64,000 bases of DNA from Phoronis australis (GCA_002633005.1 NMRA01000047.1:1-64000), one strand, 5' to 3'; shown: positions 27,302 through 40,429, counted from the first letter of the stretch. Made by a program: numbers and translations. The notes: generated from the letters alone by a model not told the origin.

Positions 27302-28638
27302 NCTTCACTGAAGTTGGCAGCATTTTTGATAAATGATAGCCAATTAATGGTGCTGAAAACTTTGTCCGCATCCCTTGTAAGATATTGCACAGCGTTGCTT
27401 GTACTTTACAGTGCCATCGGAATCTTGAGAAATACAAAATTGAAAGTACGATAATTGCGCCAGGTAAAATCTGTAGAATGCAATTATCACTGTAAAATAA
27501 CTTAACATTACTTTTCATATCAACTGAATTCCAATTTTCCTTTGCGTTGTTCCGCTCAACATCCTTTCCAACATTTTTCGTAACGTATTGGACCAATAAC
27601 TCTTTCTAATAACTCGATCATCCCTTGCAACACAATATACATCTATGACCAGCGCATAGCGAAAAATACTGAGATTGATAACAACTTATTTTAACTTCGT
27701 TGACCCAGTCTCTTGATACACCATAGATTGTACTAATAAATTATGACTTGGTCATCCAAAATCGTTTTTGTCTGATTTTATAGACAACACATACGATTTT
27801 GATGACGATTTGCAAGTAACTAAGACACCAAAACAAAATGGTCAAATTATAAAACCAGTCAGCGAAATTGTATCATAGTTGTGCCCATATGTTTCTATGA
27901 GCAGAATAATTTAAAAAGAGAATTCATATTAAGCTTTACTGAGCCGTTGTTTACTGGTCGTCGGCAGGAATAGACATCTAACTATCGGTATGCAAAATTC
28001 CTTCTTAGTACTTCGCATAATGAAGTTTATCTTATCTTTATAGCACTTTTCATACAAAGTTTTCGATTTTGCTAATTGGGAGGGGTTATCATCAAAATAG
28101 CGAGAGATAACAACTGGATGGCGGTGAGTGAGAAGATTTTCAATCTGCATAGTCCCTTTAGCTGGCTAAAAACGAATGTAAAAATTGTTTGGTTTAATCC
28201 CACGTATTCCTATTTCACTGAGGTTTGAGAAACGTTCAAACATTTTCAAATTCAGTATGTTAGGATTCACTCTGAAACAGGATCGCCACTCAAGATTTCG
28301 ATGTTCCTGTTGTTTGTGTTATCACTAAGAAATGTTTTTGTCACAATTTAATTTTCGTATCTTAGCCAGCGACATAACGGGAACGTCCAGTTGTAAAATG
28401 ATGTAAGTCACTGCTTTTTATTTTTTTCATTTAGTCACTAGCCCAGACTGGGCCTGATGAACTTTTCAAGTTCATATATAACGTCGGCTCAGTTGCTCGA
28501 TTACCAGTTGCGATGTACATTGTGTGTGGTACATTGAAGTTCTTACGGAGAAATGTAAGAAAAGCGTAACCAAGCATTTGCAGCAAGTGTAATCATGTGT
28601 CTACCATTTTTGTGTCCTCTGTCCTGTACAATTAAAAC

Positions 28639-28844
28639 CTGGCAGGACACGACAAGAAAGCAGATACATTGAATACTCTGCTGCGAGAGACATTCGAACA
28701 TTCTCCCAATGTGATGTTTTGGTTTCACCGGCGATTTCGGAACAACTGCAAGCTCATCGTGACCAAGTGCATTTGAATGATCAAGGTCTTCAACTGTATC
28801 GGTCACTAAAGTGCGCCATCGTGCATGCTATAAATATGGAGTGA
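28639..28844 (+). pseudogene. SGNH-hydrolase-like C-terminal fragment, of the type carried by tyrosine-recombinase retroelements
   Basis: NTLLRETFEHSPNVMFWFHRRF, frameshift, then RDQVHLNDQGLQLYRSLKCAI; resembles the DGVHLN block V motif. Confidence 0.5.
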
Positions 28845-31800
28845 ACGAAATCCTAAGGCCCTTTTAAGGTCCACAACATATTCCCAAAGGAACTGTTCAC
28901 TGATTTGAGCATTTTGTCTTCACTTTAACTGATCTCATTAATTGCATTACGATGCCAAGACGCCCGTGAAATATGGCAAAAGCCAAATGTCTTAAAGTTT
29001 ATTGAAATTTGTGAAGCAATACATATGTATATTCCTCATTCCTCTTAAAGTGTAAATCTGTAGCTGTAGTTGAAAAGTGATTGGGTGCGATTTTCTTTTT
29101 GGTTGATTTTTTTCAAAAACAAGATGTATGAGATTTTCAACAAAGGCCTTTCGTTAACCTTACGTGTTGGCAAGTCATTGTGCGTGGATGCGTTTGTGTT
29201 AAAAAAAATTGTCAGCTTTGTTACTGATGCGGGCGTGCACTTTTTCTTGTTCCTGTATGAACATCGATAAGAAAACACTGAAAAATTCGCCTGTTATATG
29301 CTAAAATAGTGCGGCGATGCGGGTTTCACTAGTTTGCATTAACAGAGAAGCGCAAGGTTCAAACTGATGCGGGCGTGGACCACAATCATTTTTTCAAAAT
29401 TTGTGGCGTATCTTTAAGTCATGCAAAGAGCGCAGACCAGAACCAATATAATTTGCGACGTTAGGCTTTACTGTAAGTTCTTGAAAAGACCTAGATGCGA
29501 CGAATTGCCTTGACATGAAATTGCAATCACGCTGATACGAAACTGAACAATGCCAAACAGAAATAATCCGACTTGGAGATTTTAGGAACCAAAGTTCCAT
29601 TCCTTGCAATGAATGACTTGAGCAGCAGTTATGAATTGGCTACATTTCTTCTCAAAGTGAATACCGTTACTACGTTATCATTTTAAGGTCCCTGTACAAG
29701 ACTGAAGAACCGTTTTCGTGAACACAGCAACACGATTGCTTACGTTTCATAAGTTACCAATATCAAGAAATTTTTGGATTTCCACATTGGAACCTAAAAA
29801 GTTGTTTCGTTGACTACTAAGATAAAGTCGCAAACCCGAAAGTCGTACTAACGTGAAGTTGTAATAAACACTGTTCAATTCCTACTAAATATACAATTTT
29901 TGGAACCAGTTGTTATCTTCCAGACGTTCTGGTTTGCTGAAAATGAACACCTATTTCCCAAAAGCTACAACTGCCTGGGGCAAGTATCTCGCAAAAAAGC
30001 CAACTCAAGAGAATGAGACGAGAACATTCTGATTTAAATTAATTTACTCCAAATAATAATTACAAAGGAAAGAACACATTATGTACTAGTGACATGAGAA
30101 AATGTTGAAAGTTGTTGATTAATACAAAAACATGCTCTTTAATGTGGTACAAAACCTGTTCTTAACATTAGTTGCAAGTCAGAAGCAACAACTCTCAATT
30201 AAAAAATCACAAGGGCGATTGGATAGCCTCCTCGGATAACAAATGCTAGTATATTTGGAAATAAAATAAATTCCAAACTGACTTGAAAATGTCCAATTTG
30301 GGTACATCCACCATAATAATAGTACAACGTATTATAAAATACATATGGAAGTCTGGAGACGACCATATTCTTGAACTTAAGAAAAACAATAACATACAGT
30401 AAACTAGAATTTCCAGCATCTTAAATCTTAGACGAATATTTTGATTCAAAATCAAAACAAAATCACTTTGAAAATGTACAGTTTTGGGAACATCTATTAA
30501 AACAAACTCTTAATATTTAAATGAATATGTCGATGCTAAAAATCCGTATCCTTTAACTAAAAAGATTGTAGGAGACAAAAACAACACCTTCCAGACCACG
30601 AATAGCAGTAACAAACACTTTGATATGGTGTCAAAATATATTAACAATGTAATTTCATTACAGCGTACATCACGGTGCCTTCGAAATCTTACAGCACCGT
30701 GTAGATTCACCTACAAAAAATGGCACATCACAAGACCAAAAGTCATAGCTGTCGGAAGCACACATGTCGTTAAATCGAAACACTGGTAGCTACAGAGCAG
30801 AATGAAATCAATTACCAACACTGTCAATCAAAACCCTATAAAATTTAGCCAAAATGTATTCATGAAAAATAAGTGGTCTTTGAAGAGGACTTCATTTTTG
30901 GCTCAAACTGAGTAGAGTTTGATGTTAAAACAAAGGAAATAGTATTTTTAAAAAACGATGATACCAGCCACTTCAGGTACCACATTCAACACTGTCATCC
31001 AATAGCAAATGGTACCTACAAAAAATAAGACGGCCCATCATGACCACACGTCAATGAGCTGAGGGTCATCTCTGTCTGAAGCCACACAAGTCGTTAGATC
31101 AAAACAAGGGTAGCAACAGAGCAGAGTGACTTCAGCTTTACACCCTCAGTAGCTACTAAAACATGGAAAATGCACACTTCTCACTGACTGAGTCAAGTGA
31201 ATTCTATTTGAATTGTCTCAGATGAAGTCCCAAATTATATTCTCGAATCCCAACTTTCGACAGCGCATGCCAAAAATAACACCATTTGATAAACTTCAAG
31301 TTTGATCAGACTTAGGTGACCTTGGGTAAAGAAATGCTGCTCAATTTTGGGAAATAAAAAACAAAGTCAGTTCTAGTCAGTGTACAGATTCATTTAGAAA
31401 TGTGCACTCCATTGGTTGAAGAAAAAACACAACTGCACAAATTATTTCTATCAATATCTGAATCTATCTGAAACTTTGAGATTTGAAATTTACAAGTCAC
31501 ACACGCACCTATAGCTTGTGGATTTACTTCTATGTCCAAATTGAGTCAACTTTTGTGCAAGGTTATGTAGAACATTATCAACAAGTCTTGTGCATTCAAT
31601 CAAATATTTAAACAATTATAAAAATTAAATCGGCATAAGTTTTCTTAAATAGAAAAGGTTGTAGAATTGCTTGGGTCAAATTTTAATTTGGAAACAGGAA
31701 AAGTACATTTATGGCAAAATGACCATATACATAAATGAACAAAGTATTGCTGATATTTTCAAGATGAAACTCAAAAAGGTAGTTTAAAGTTGTCGAAATT

Positions 31801-31879
31801 GCCATTTCATTTCTTATTTCATATAACATTTTCTAGGGTCCTACATAACCTTAACACTTGTACTGCTGGCTGACGAATG

Positions 31880-32303
31880 TAGTTGATGATTCTACTGACG
31901 GCCACTGATCTTCGTCAATGCCTTCACAATCCTGATGGTACTAGCCATTGCAACTATCGCAACCAACCATTCTGATACTGTCCTCATGCTCATCATCAGC
32001 AAATGGCATACGGCACCTACAAAACATTGGCACATCACATGAAAACATAACATTTGAAACATCAGGTCGGTATGGAGAGTAAGTGCTAGGAAACATCGTG
32101 AATTTTCCATTACCAAGACACTTATGGCTACGCATTTCCTTCTGCTTCCACAGTAAACGCGATGAGTCATCACCAAAATAAAGCACAGTTGCATTGGCAA
32201 TGGCAAAGAGCTCACAATCGTTACAACCTTTCTGCTGCATGATTTTCATAACCTCAACAGTGATGTTGTGGTTACTTTGGTCTAACAACATAGCAGCGAG
32301 CAA
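31880..32303 (-). pseudogene. Ginger C-terminal Ulp1-like cysteine protease fragment plus PHD finger
   Basis: QQKGCNDCELFAIANA (QQxxxxDCG catalytic motif, decayed) and FCRCRMP...MVGCDSCNG*YHQDC. Confidence 0.82.
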
Positions 32304-32703
32304 AACAACTACTGAACTAGACTAAGACTGAAAGTGATTTCCGAGTTTGCAAAGGACTGGCTGACTTTGTCATTGTTTGAGACCATGCTCGGCCATAAAT
32401 AGCAATAAAATGGAAACATATCACTTTGTAGCTCGTATATCTAGCACGTAGTACTTCGTATACATGTATCCAAAGTAAACTCGTACTCGTTACTGACGTT
32501 ACTCGTAGTCGTACAGACTACACTATCCGTCTACCGATTGTTGTTTCACGTCGCTTTGTGCGACTTGCGACGTACAGATTCACTCTAAGGAAATTCGAAA
32601 GTCTTGTTCGTTATTTCATAACACTAACACTTTAACAGCGAAATACTGAATTGCAGTTTTGCAACGGAGACACAGTCACATTATTAAGCAGACGTAAACT
32701 TAC

Positions 32704-32830
32704 CCAAACAAAACTTCCTTGCACATTTCCAAAATGTTCCACACTCGTTCTTGGACAAACCACTAGCGTGATCTCCTTCGATAAGTAGTTGAACACATCT
32801 TTGACAACGTAATTTCGCTCGATTTTGGAA
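32704..32830 (-). pseudogene. Ginger transposase first exon remnant
   Basis: KDVFNYLSK, frameshift, HASGLSKNECGTFWKCARKFCL, then donor gtaagt. Resembles the Y-P-type motif region upstream of the Ginger1/GIN integrase HHCC finger. Confidence 0.55.
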
Positions 32831-33235
32831 ATATGCAAGGTTTAGGTGCAGACGGTCGATTTGTGATACTTCCAGTGGGCTTTATCAATGACAGACTGAC
32901 GATGGATGCATTATTGCGCAAAAACAGGAAGCCGAAAAACTAGCGCATGCGCAGACCACGCAAACCACCTCCGGATGCATTATTGGACAGATGCATTATT
33001 GGACACGACAGCGGATCTAGGATATCACACGGGGGGGTCCCAATGTTTTGTCTGTAAACATTTGCGCAAAGCACGATTGTAGATGCGCATAGCACCGAAA
33101 GGGGGGATTTTTCTGTTTTTCCTCTAAAAATCAAGCATTTTCCTTGATTCCTGAAGTATTATCCAAAAACAAAAGGCAAAGACAAAAACAAAAACGAAGA
33201 ACGTGTCAAACTTGAAAAACGGCAATTATTATAGT

Positions 33236-33295
33236 CTTGAACTCAAGACCTGGAGGATAGAGCGCGCGTGCTTTACCACTGCACCCCCACGATTT
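33236..33295 (-). mobile_element. tRNA-derived SINE head fragment
   Basis: Reverse strand shows A-box-like ggtgcagtgg and B-box-like gagttcaag; related copy at 59291-59350. Confidence 0.5.
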
Positions 33296-34627
33296 CACTC
33301 GTAATTTGATACTAAGACACATACTTCTTTATTGTCCACAGAGATTACGCGCGAAACCTACTTCTTTTTGTAATGCTTATTACACTTTTCATATTTCGTT
33401 CAATCAGTTCGTAACAAATTTGTTGTATTTTAAATAGTCTTCAGTTGCCCAAAAGACCAAATCCGTTTTTTGTTGGCATTAATGAAGCGATTGCTTTGGA
33501 AATCGTCTTAAGATAAGGTTTGACAAAGAGAGAATTATGAGTTTTTGAGCGATTCACTAAGGCTTCGATTAAAATTATTCACATCTTACCAGCAGCTTCT
33601 GTTTTTTCATCGTTACTCAGATTCCATTTTCTTTAAAAAATAAAGTAATTTTCTTCATTGCACAGTGAAGCAGACGACGGAAACGGAGCAGCTCCACTGC
33701 TGGTTGCTTGGGATATCGCGGGAGAGTCTATACTTATAGCCATAGTCCCGTTACGATTGCACCGTGTTCCGAATTTGACACACTAAAGCTGCACACACTT
33801 AAATCTTGTTTCAGACGAATAATGTGGGGTTAATTAATAAACTCAACATTTCCCTATGTTCTTGCTGTTTTATTTTTTTACGGCAGCCAAGGGGGGGACG
33901 GTCCCCCTGCCCCCCCCCTAAGTCCGCCTATGTCTGTTCACGGTTGTTAGACAAGTCGATTGCAGTCCCCTTGCCACTGTTGTCTGCAGTGTAGGCTAGG
34001 CCTACTGTANTGTCTGTTCACGGTTGTTATACAAGTCTATTGCAGTCCCCGTGCCACTGTTGTCTGCAGTGTAGGCTAGGCCTACTGTACAGCCGGGCTG
34101 CCGACGGAAGGACTATGATCAACGTTCGATTTGATTATCAGCTTTTTGGATACTTGCAGTCCATGAATTCCAAACCAAAATGTCACCCGAACAATGGTAG
34201 GGATAATTTTAAGAAAACATACCCATGACCATGGGTAATGTGACTGGGGACACGGCCATGGCACAATCACAGCCACAGGGCTTCAAGTCTGTCATGAGTC
34301 AAGTTAGAGAATCTGTGGGTCTCGGTGAAAAGGTGAAAAAATCGACATAATTTTAATGTGTCAGTTGGACCAATTAAGTTAAGCAGTGCGTCATTGAAAA
34401 CTTAATTCTATGTGCAAATGATGCGGGGGCGCGTCCCTTAAAATATCCGTGGATCGACATTTGAGTCCTAGTTTTTTTCAGTTAACACCAAGACGCTTTT
34501 GTCTCTATCACAATCACAGTACGACAGGAATTCTGTAGTGCAGTGTAGTTTAGTGTAGGCTACCAGTCTTCTGTGAACCCAGTGAGTATGAGGTTTGTTC
34601 CTGAGTCTCTCATTGATTTCTGTTCAG

Positions 34628-34800
34628 GTGGAAGCGCTGGGAGCCGACTTTATGAATAGAGATGCAGCCTACTTGTCTAAGAACTGCAAGTTATGCTCTC
34701 ATCACTTCGAGGAGTCCATGTTCATGAATGAAGAACAAGCTAGTATTGAATGCAGTGCCCGAGCATCACTTTATGTCCCGAATCCACCAAAAATGAAGAT
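34628..34800 (+). pseudogene. THAP exon 2 of the P-type element (deleted and frameshifted)
   Basis: Acceptor ttcag|G in phase with exon 1 (R-W-K-R-W), then ADFMNRDAAYLSKNCKLCSHHFEESMF...NAVP...VPNPP. Confidence 0.82.
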
Positions 34801-36959
34801 GTCAAAAAGTTCTCCGGAAATTATATTACAGCTCTGGTATAGGCTTTTTTGCATTTCTGATTATCGTCTCACAAAGCAAGTACTGGAACATTACTTGTAG
34901 AAAGGACAATTAGTCAAAATCTGGTTTTCGTATTTTACTAAGGCTGATCCGATTGAAACATTTTATGAATGGTTAGCCTGTGATTTGGAGAGAGCCAAAG
35001 TGAAAGTGATGGATCTTTCAGAGTCTGTCGTGAATGGTGGGCTGACATTTTGTTAAACCCAAGCTATCGTATCATTTTGCTTCACATCTGTGAGTAAATT
35101 AGCTTTCAGCTTTATTCATAACGCATTTCTTTGGCGAAAAGTGCTGTTGTTTACTAGTGAATTAATAGAGAGTGACAAGGTTGGTAAGATTTTATTGTTG
35201 TCTTGGTGTATGCGTTGCCTATTTTTGTACGTTTTTGGAGATTGTGATTAACTTAAGTCCCAGTTGTGGCTAGGTATCAGACATGACCTTGTGGTCTGGC
35301 TTTAACTTACCTGAAATATTTACTGTTATTGATAATAGGAACAGTGGGTTTATAAAATTAAATTTTGGTTTTATCATCCAAGTCTTTTTAATTCAGTTTT
35401 GTATGAAGCTATGTGGGCAGTGAATATTTTGATTGCTGTTCAGTACCTCTTAATTTTTTGTCATGACATTTAGAACTTGGACTAGTTATGAGTGATGATA
35501 TACTCAATGTTACTTCGTTTCGCAAGTTGTGAGCTATTCTACAGATTAGCAACTGACTTGTAACTGTTGGTGATTATAGTGGGAGAGTGGGATCGAGTTT
35601 ACACTATACTGACATGTCTAAGAAATAATGGAATGTTCTAAAATTATATTACGATTTTGTGGTAGTGATGAATTGCTTTGCTTTCTTCTTCTTACTTATG
35701 TAACACCCACTGCACAAAGCAATTATTCGCATTGCTAGTATCCTGTTGCATTGAATAGAGAACATATGCGAAATTGTTGGGTGAAACCAGCAGTGAGCTG
35801 GGAGCAACATGTTTTTGTCAATGGTCAGGGGAGCAACCAAAAATTGTGACTATGGGAGGGGCTCAACACCCATGTGGCATACTCCATTGGTTTTTACCTG
35901 TTTTGCACTGCTCCCATGTAACCCCCTGGGAGGGGGACAACACCTATTTGGAGCCCACCTGGATTTTGCCTGGTACCCCCTTAACTGGCACCTGGGGGAA
36001 TTCCCCTCTGAACCCCCAGGAGCAATCATTCAAATTATGTAATCCATGGAGGCATGAACTGTTATAAGGAACGATAATTGCCTTGTTAAGAACGCAAACA
36101 TGAAACAAAACCATGATGGATTTTGAAGGGAACTTCACACTTTAATATTTATTAAAATACACATTTTCGTTCTCATTCGATAATAAGTGGATGTTAGTTC
36201 ATGTATTTTAACCATTTTCAATATCACAGTAATTTTATTGCACATTGAATGTCATTAAAGTATGAATTTATCAGTGTTTACACTGTTCGGACTGCGCTCC
36301 TAACTAAGTGTTGATTATTCACCGCTTGGGGCACTAGTGTTTCGACCGGTAACCATTGCGGCAAATGGTAAAATGGCGGAGTGAACTCTCCTATACTACT
36401 ACACTACTTGATGTAACCTCAGCAGTCATTGGTTAACTTTACAACACCGTGAAAAAAATGGCGGACTGTGAACGATTTTAGCCTTTTCGTGCAAGTGGTG
36501 TCGCAGCAACTATTTCGTTTCTGCAGTGATGTTTAATAGCCGCGTGCTTGAAACACATACAGTGTACAATAAACACATATCTGGCCGATTTAACCACTGT
36601 GTTATTCATACTGTATGAATACAGGACAGTATCGTAAACAAAAGTCATCGACAGCAGAAAGATGCACTCCGAAAAGGCGCAACCAAAATTTCTGGGGTTG
36701 ACATTTCCTTAACATAAATTTTAAGCACCGTTTGTTTATACAACAGACCACATTTACACTTGCTCCATCAGTCATGTCCCTCTGTTTGCGTAAAGCGCTG
36801 CCTGCTGAGAATTCAACAGGCCAATCACAAACGCTGGTGGAAAATGGGGCTATTCGGAAAATTCTCCTCGCGGTGTCGCTGCTGTACTAGTGATGATTGA
36901 ATTGCGCATGCGTGGCTGTCTGCATGTAAACAAGTGGTAAAAGATGGAATTTTTATCAA

Positions 36960-37880
36960 AATACGTCGTCGCGCTAAGCCTTATTACTGCTAATTTCCGC
37001 GGTGCAAGTCTTCGACAGGTGGCCACAAATTCCCAAAAGACCTATGAAGGTTACTATATTCGGTCAACATAGTCAACCAACTGACAAAAAGTGTGTGGAT
37101 GCTGAAGCCCCGTGTGTGCTCAATGTCTATGACTATGCAGTTCCATTCGGAGACTACACAACATTACTTGGTAAGTTTTTAGCAATCAGTTTCTATCAAA
37201 ATCGTTCGGTGATGTTATCCCCACCAGTTACCCCACTGAATAACAGTTTTATTGAGTCGAACTAAGTGTTTCTTTTTGGAAACTCACCCGATGCCGGGTA
37301 GGCTAGCAGCACATATTCATATTGTCCTGGGTGGGAGTGCTCCCAAAATAAGAGGTGTATGGTACGTGATGCACAGAAGTCAAGAGTGACTTTTTCACAG
37401 CAGTTTCTCTTCAAAACTATGCTGTTTCCAATAAAATTCTCTAGATGAGTGAGTTTCCTTATTTTATCGTGGACCCCACCCCCAGGACCACCAGCTCAGT
37501 TATCGAATTAACATGAATAAGCCTTAATTCAGTAAATGTCGTAACATTGCATTGGAAAAAAATTGACACCTAGAATGAATTTTACTTGTTGAGATCAGAA
37601 GCACATTTTAAGTGTCATGAAAAATACACATTGTTAAATCACTTTTAGCCTGTTTCACATATTTTAATTCAGATATTAAATAAGACTTGGGTACAAAGGT
37701 TATTAGTTTCTACACATAAACATGAAGATGAAATGTCAAGTATGTTCTGCCTTACAAAAGTAGTTTTGTCTTGTCTTTTCTTTTACAATTTGCTAATATT
37801 TCTATTCTGTTACAGGCAAGAAAAAACAACTGAAACCAACTGCCTGACCATCTATTTCACCGTTGGACAAAGTGAAAAGC
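36960..37880 (+). pseudogene. THAP-transposase remnant of the ISL2EU element (two exons)
   Basis: HKFPKD...KSVW...RVCS...HSE, donor gtaagt near 37171; acceptor near 37815 then KKKQLKPTA*PSI (AVP-box equivalent). Confidence 0.6.
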
Positions 37881-38219
37881 AATCCTTCAGCAATAACCTG
37901 AGAGAATTGAACGCAATTCAGAAATTCAGCACCTGATATGCCTGATTATGGACTCCCTCTTCTTTCTGTGCTTTTTCAGTTTGCCATTTGTTTTTAAATA
38001 CACTGATAATTGTTTATTCTCGAATCTTGTGCATAGCAGATTCTTATCCAGCTAGCTACAATCACAATAAGACAATCGATGCAGTCACTGAATGTCATTT
38101 CCCCATAATCTGTACCAAATTGAAGAGTTTTTACCAATAGTATAAAGCCTTTGTTCTGAAAGGAAAATTTAATGTCACTCAGCTTTTGGCTTTCATATCA
38201 CTGGGTTCTAGTTTCAATG

Positions 38220-40233
38220 GCCTATAGAAGCGCTTGTAAAAAAGGTCCAGTTTCAACACGTGGCTTTCTTTCATGTAACCTCATTCAGCCTCAATAACAT
38301 CCACAATTAGACCCTTGAAGGTGAACACAGCAGCATATCAATTGAATCGTTTTGAGCCCAAAATCAGACACTGAACTAGACCAGAGTGTGACTAGGTCTT
38401 CTTTAGCTTCTGTCCCTCATGTTTCTTCCAGGAAAGGAAATAAGCTATTGTCCAAACATGACTCATTGCCTATGAAAGGGCATCCTCACCAACAAGGCTT
38501 ATTTGTGTAGCAGTCAGATATAGTTCGTCTGGATAACTTCACTGGCACATTGTCTTATGGTAACTAAGTACTGAGATTCACATTTCTCCAGGGCCACTGA
38601 CTTGCACATTGTGCCATGCAGCAGTGCTGGTGTGCGGAAGTGCTGTGGGAAGAGAACGGAGTAACAAAGCTTGTCTATGATACAGCATGAAGTGGCCTTA
38701 AAATGTCACTGAACCTGGAACAAATATTGAAATATGAATAATTAAGTACTCCAGATTGGATCGAAAATCTTATCCCTGTTTTTCAAAAATATATGGTGAT
38801 TGGTCTACTGTTTCACATAAAAGTAAATAATAGCCATTTTCAGAAACCAAGGGTGTATATAATGAGTATTGCATAAAACTGTGTCTTTATTTTTTATCCC
38901 TAGCCATAACAATTCTTTAAACGCATCACTTGTCTTTAAAATATACAAGTTTTTTGAAACAACTTCAAACCTTTGTTACCCATTTTCAAGCCTTTTTAAT
39001 TTTGATACTTTCAGCAATTTTAAACTCAGATTACAGGTTCATGGGTCTGCCAAGCATACTTCTAGCCTAAGGTTGAGGGAACCGTTTTTCTTCTAAAAGA
39101 AGATATGAAGACTTGGATCATTTAAAAATGATGGATAACCTTTCTGTTGTTTAAGAGTAATTACAAATCGTAATGCACCATCAAAAATGCAATTTTCACA
39201 AAAATGGCAGTCATTTGAATTTATAACAACTTGCAACATTTCAAGGCATGAGTTAAGACTATTCAGTAACTGTGAATTCGGAAAATGTAATATATTTTCG
39301 TGGTTTTACAATTGATACAAGTAGCAAAACAGTTTCATGAAATCAACTTGAAGGGACTTCGTGAAGGTTACGAATTACCTCACCATGCTCTTTTCCCCAA
39401 ACATGTATTACCTGTTATTTCCACACATTCAGTTGTACCAAATATTACAACCCCCATGCCAATCCCCCTCGGGACCTGAATAAGTAATTTAACAAAATGA
39501 GTTTAAAAATAGCTGTTCCTTTTCAAAGGCTTTGTTCGTTGTCTCCAATATTGAAAGTAGGCTTTGACAACAGATCTGCACTGGATGGGAAGATCTTGTT
39601 GGTTAGCTGCAGTCAAATGCTAAAAACCAATTTTTGTCCATTCAGGGACGGTGCAGAAGCGATGCATATCTCCTCTGCACGGTACAAGCCTTCAAACCTA
39701 AAAACCAAAGGTTACGTGAAAACTGACGTGATAGATTTCCATTTCAACGTGTAATAGATTTCTAGAAGACACATGATAGGGAGTAAACAAATAGTCTAAT
39801 GCAATGGATATTTATCACTCACGTACTCTTTGCCATTGGGATTGGATTGTAATCTTAACTAATTAACCTGTATCGAGTTGACAGCATAAACATTCAGCAA
39901 TGATTGATGTAACTGTCACTGATAAACTTTTAGAAATCATTCCAAACAATAATAATGCTTTGATGTACAAAAAGATCCCGATTGCTACGTCAAGTATCGT
40001 ATCACATATCACAACATACAAAGATTAACCAGACTCTGGCTGGCGACTGACTGCCGCGAAGTCGACATCGGCGAGTGCCTCAGTTAACAGGCATCGGTAG
40101 AATAATCATGGAATAATCGTTAAAATAATCAAAAACCTTACCTTTGTATGAGGTCGTGCTTACTTCCTCTAATACAAGCACCCTTTTACGCAATCTCAGA
40201 TTCAGTTGGCACGGCTGCAAGCCATTTCACCAT
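38220..40233 (-). pseudogene. SAP plus YqaJ (lambda-exonuclease-like) gene remnant of the ISL2EU element
   Basis: Exon 40142-40233 KGACIRGSKHDLIQR|gtaagg (SAP-like). C-terminal remnants at 38220-38490: CPF, KLKKT, VQ, AVFTFKGLIVDVIE, VLKLDLFYKRFYRP. Confidence 0.62.
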
Positions 40234-40429
40234 GTATTTAAAGGGCTCGCCAAATCGAGGCTGTTAATCTATCACCACTAGTACACGCACGCCCTCTAGT
40301 TATTGTAGATTTTCCGAATAGCCCCATTAAGTGGTACCTGCGTGCTGGTTACCACGTAGCGGCACGCAGGGAACCAGCGACACTCAATATGTGCCTGACA
40401 ACCACGTTACAACACAACACACTCTTTTT

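Larger units (their letters stand above)
26299..33010 (-). mobile_element. Ginger1-type DNA transposon, internally deleted (6.7 kb)
   Basis: TGT...ACA termini; TIR tgtcgtgtccaataatgcatc extends imperfectly ~100 bp; 4-bp TSD GCGG (26295-26298, 33011-33014); remnants of transposase N-terminus plus Ulp1 and PHD domains. Confidence 0.87.
26290..33932. mobile_element. hAT-like non-autonomous element inserted in intron 1 of the P-type element
   Basis: Termini cagtggcgg(atctagg) ... aagtccgcctatg. 8-bp TCTGTTCA at 26284-26291 (overlapping the CA terminus) and 33933-33940. The empty site is visible in the second P copy near 59010-59035. Confidence 0.8.
26023..36410 (+). mobile_element. P-element-superfamily (THAP) DNA transposon, non-autonomous, carrying nested insertions
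   Basis: 30-bp TIRs caaggagtgtagtagtataggagagttcac / gtgaactctcctatactactacactacttg (1 mismatch); 7-bp TSD ATGTAAC at 26016-26022 and 36411-36417; spliced THAP remnant inside. Confidence 0.88.
36846..40325. mobile_element. ISL2EU-type (Harbinger-related) DNA transposon, decayed, with two convergent genes
   Basis: 17-bp TIRs ggggctattcggaaaat / attttccgaatagcccc with AT on both flanks; THAP remnant on +, SAP/YqaJ remnant on -. Confidence 0.82.

Noticed and set aside
26132-34800. Host THAP12/PRKRIR-like gene
   Set aside because: It is enclosed by TIRs and a TSD, exon 2 is frameshifted, and a second copy lies nearby, so it is transposon-derived.
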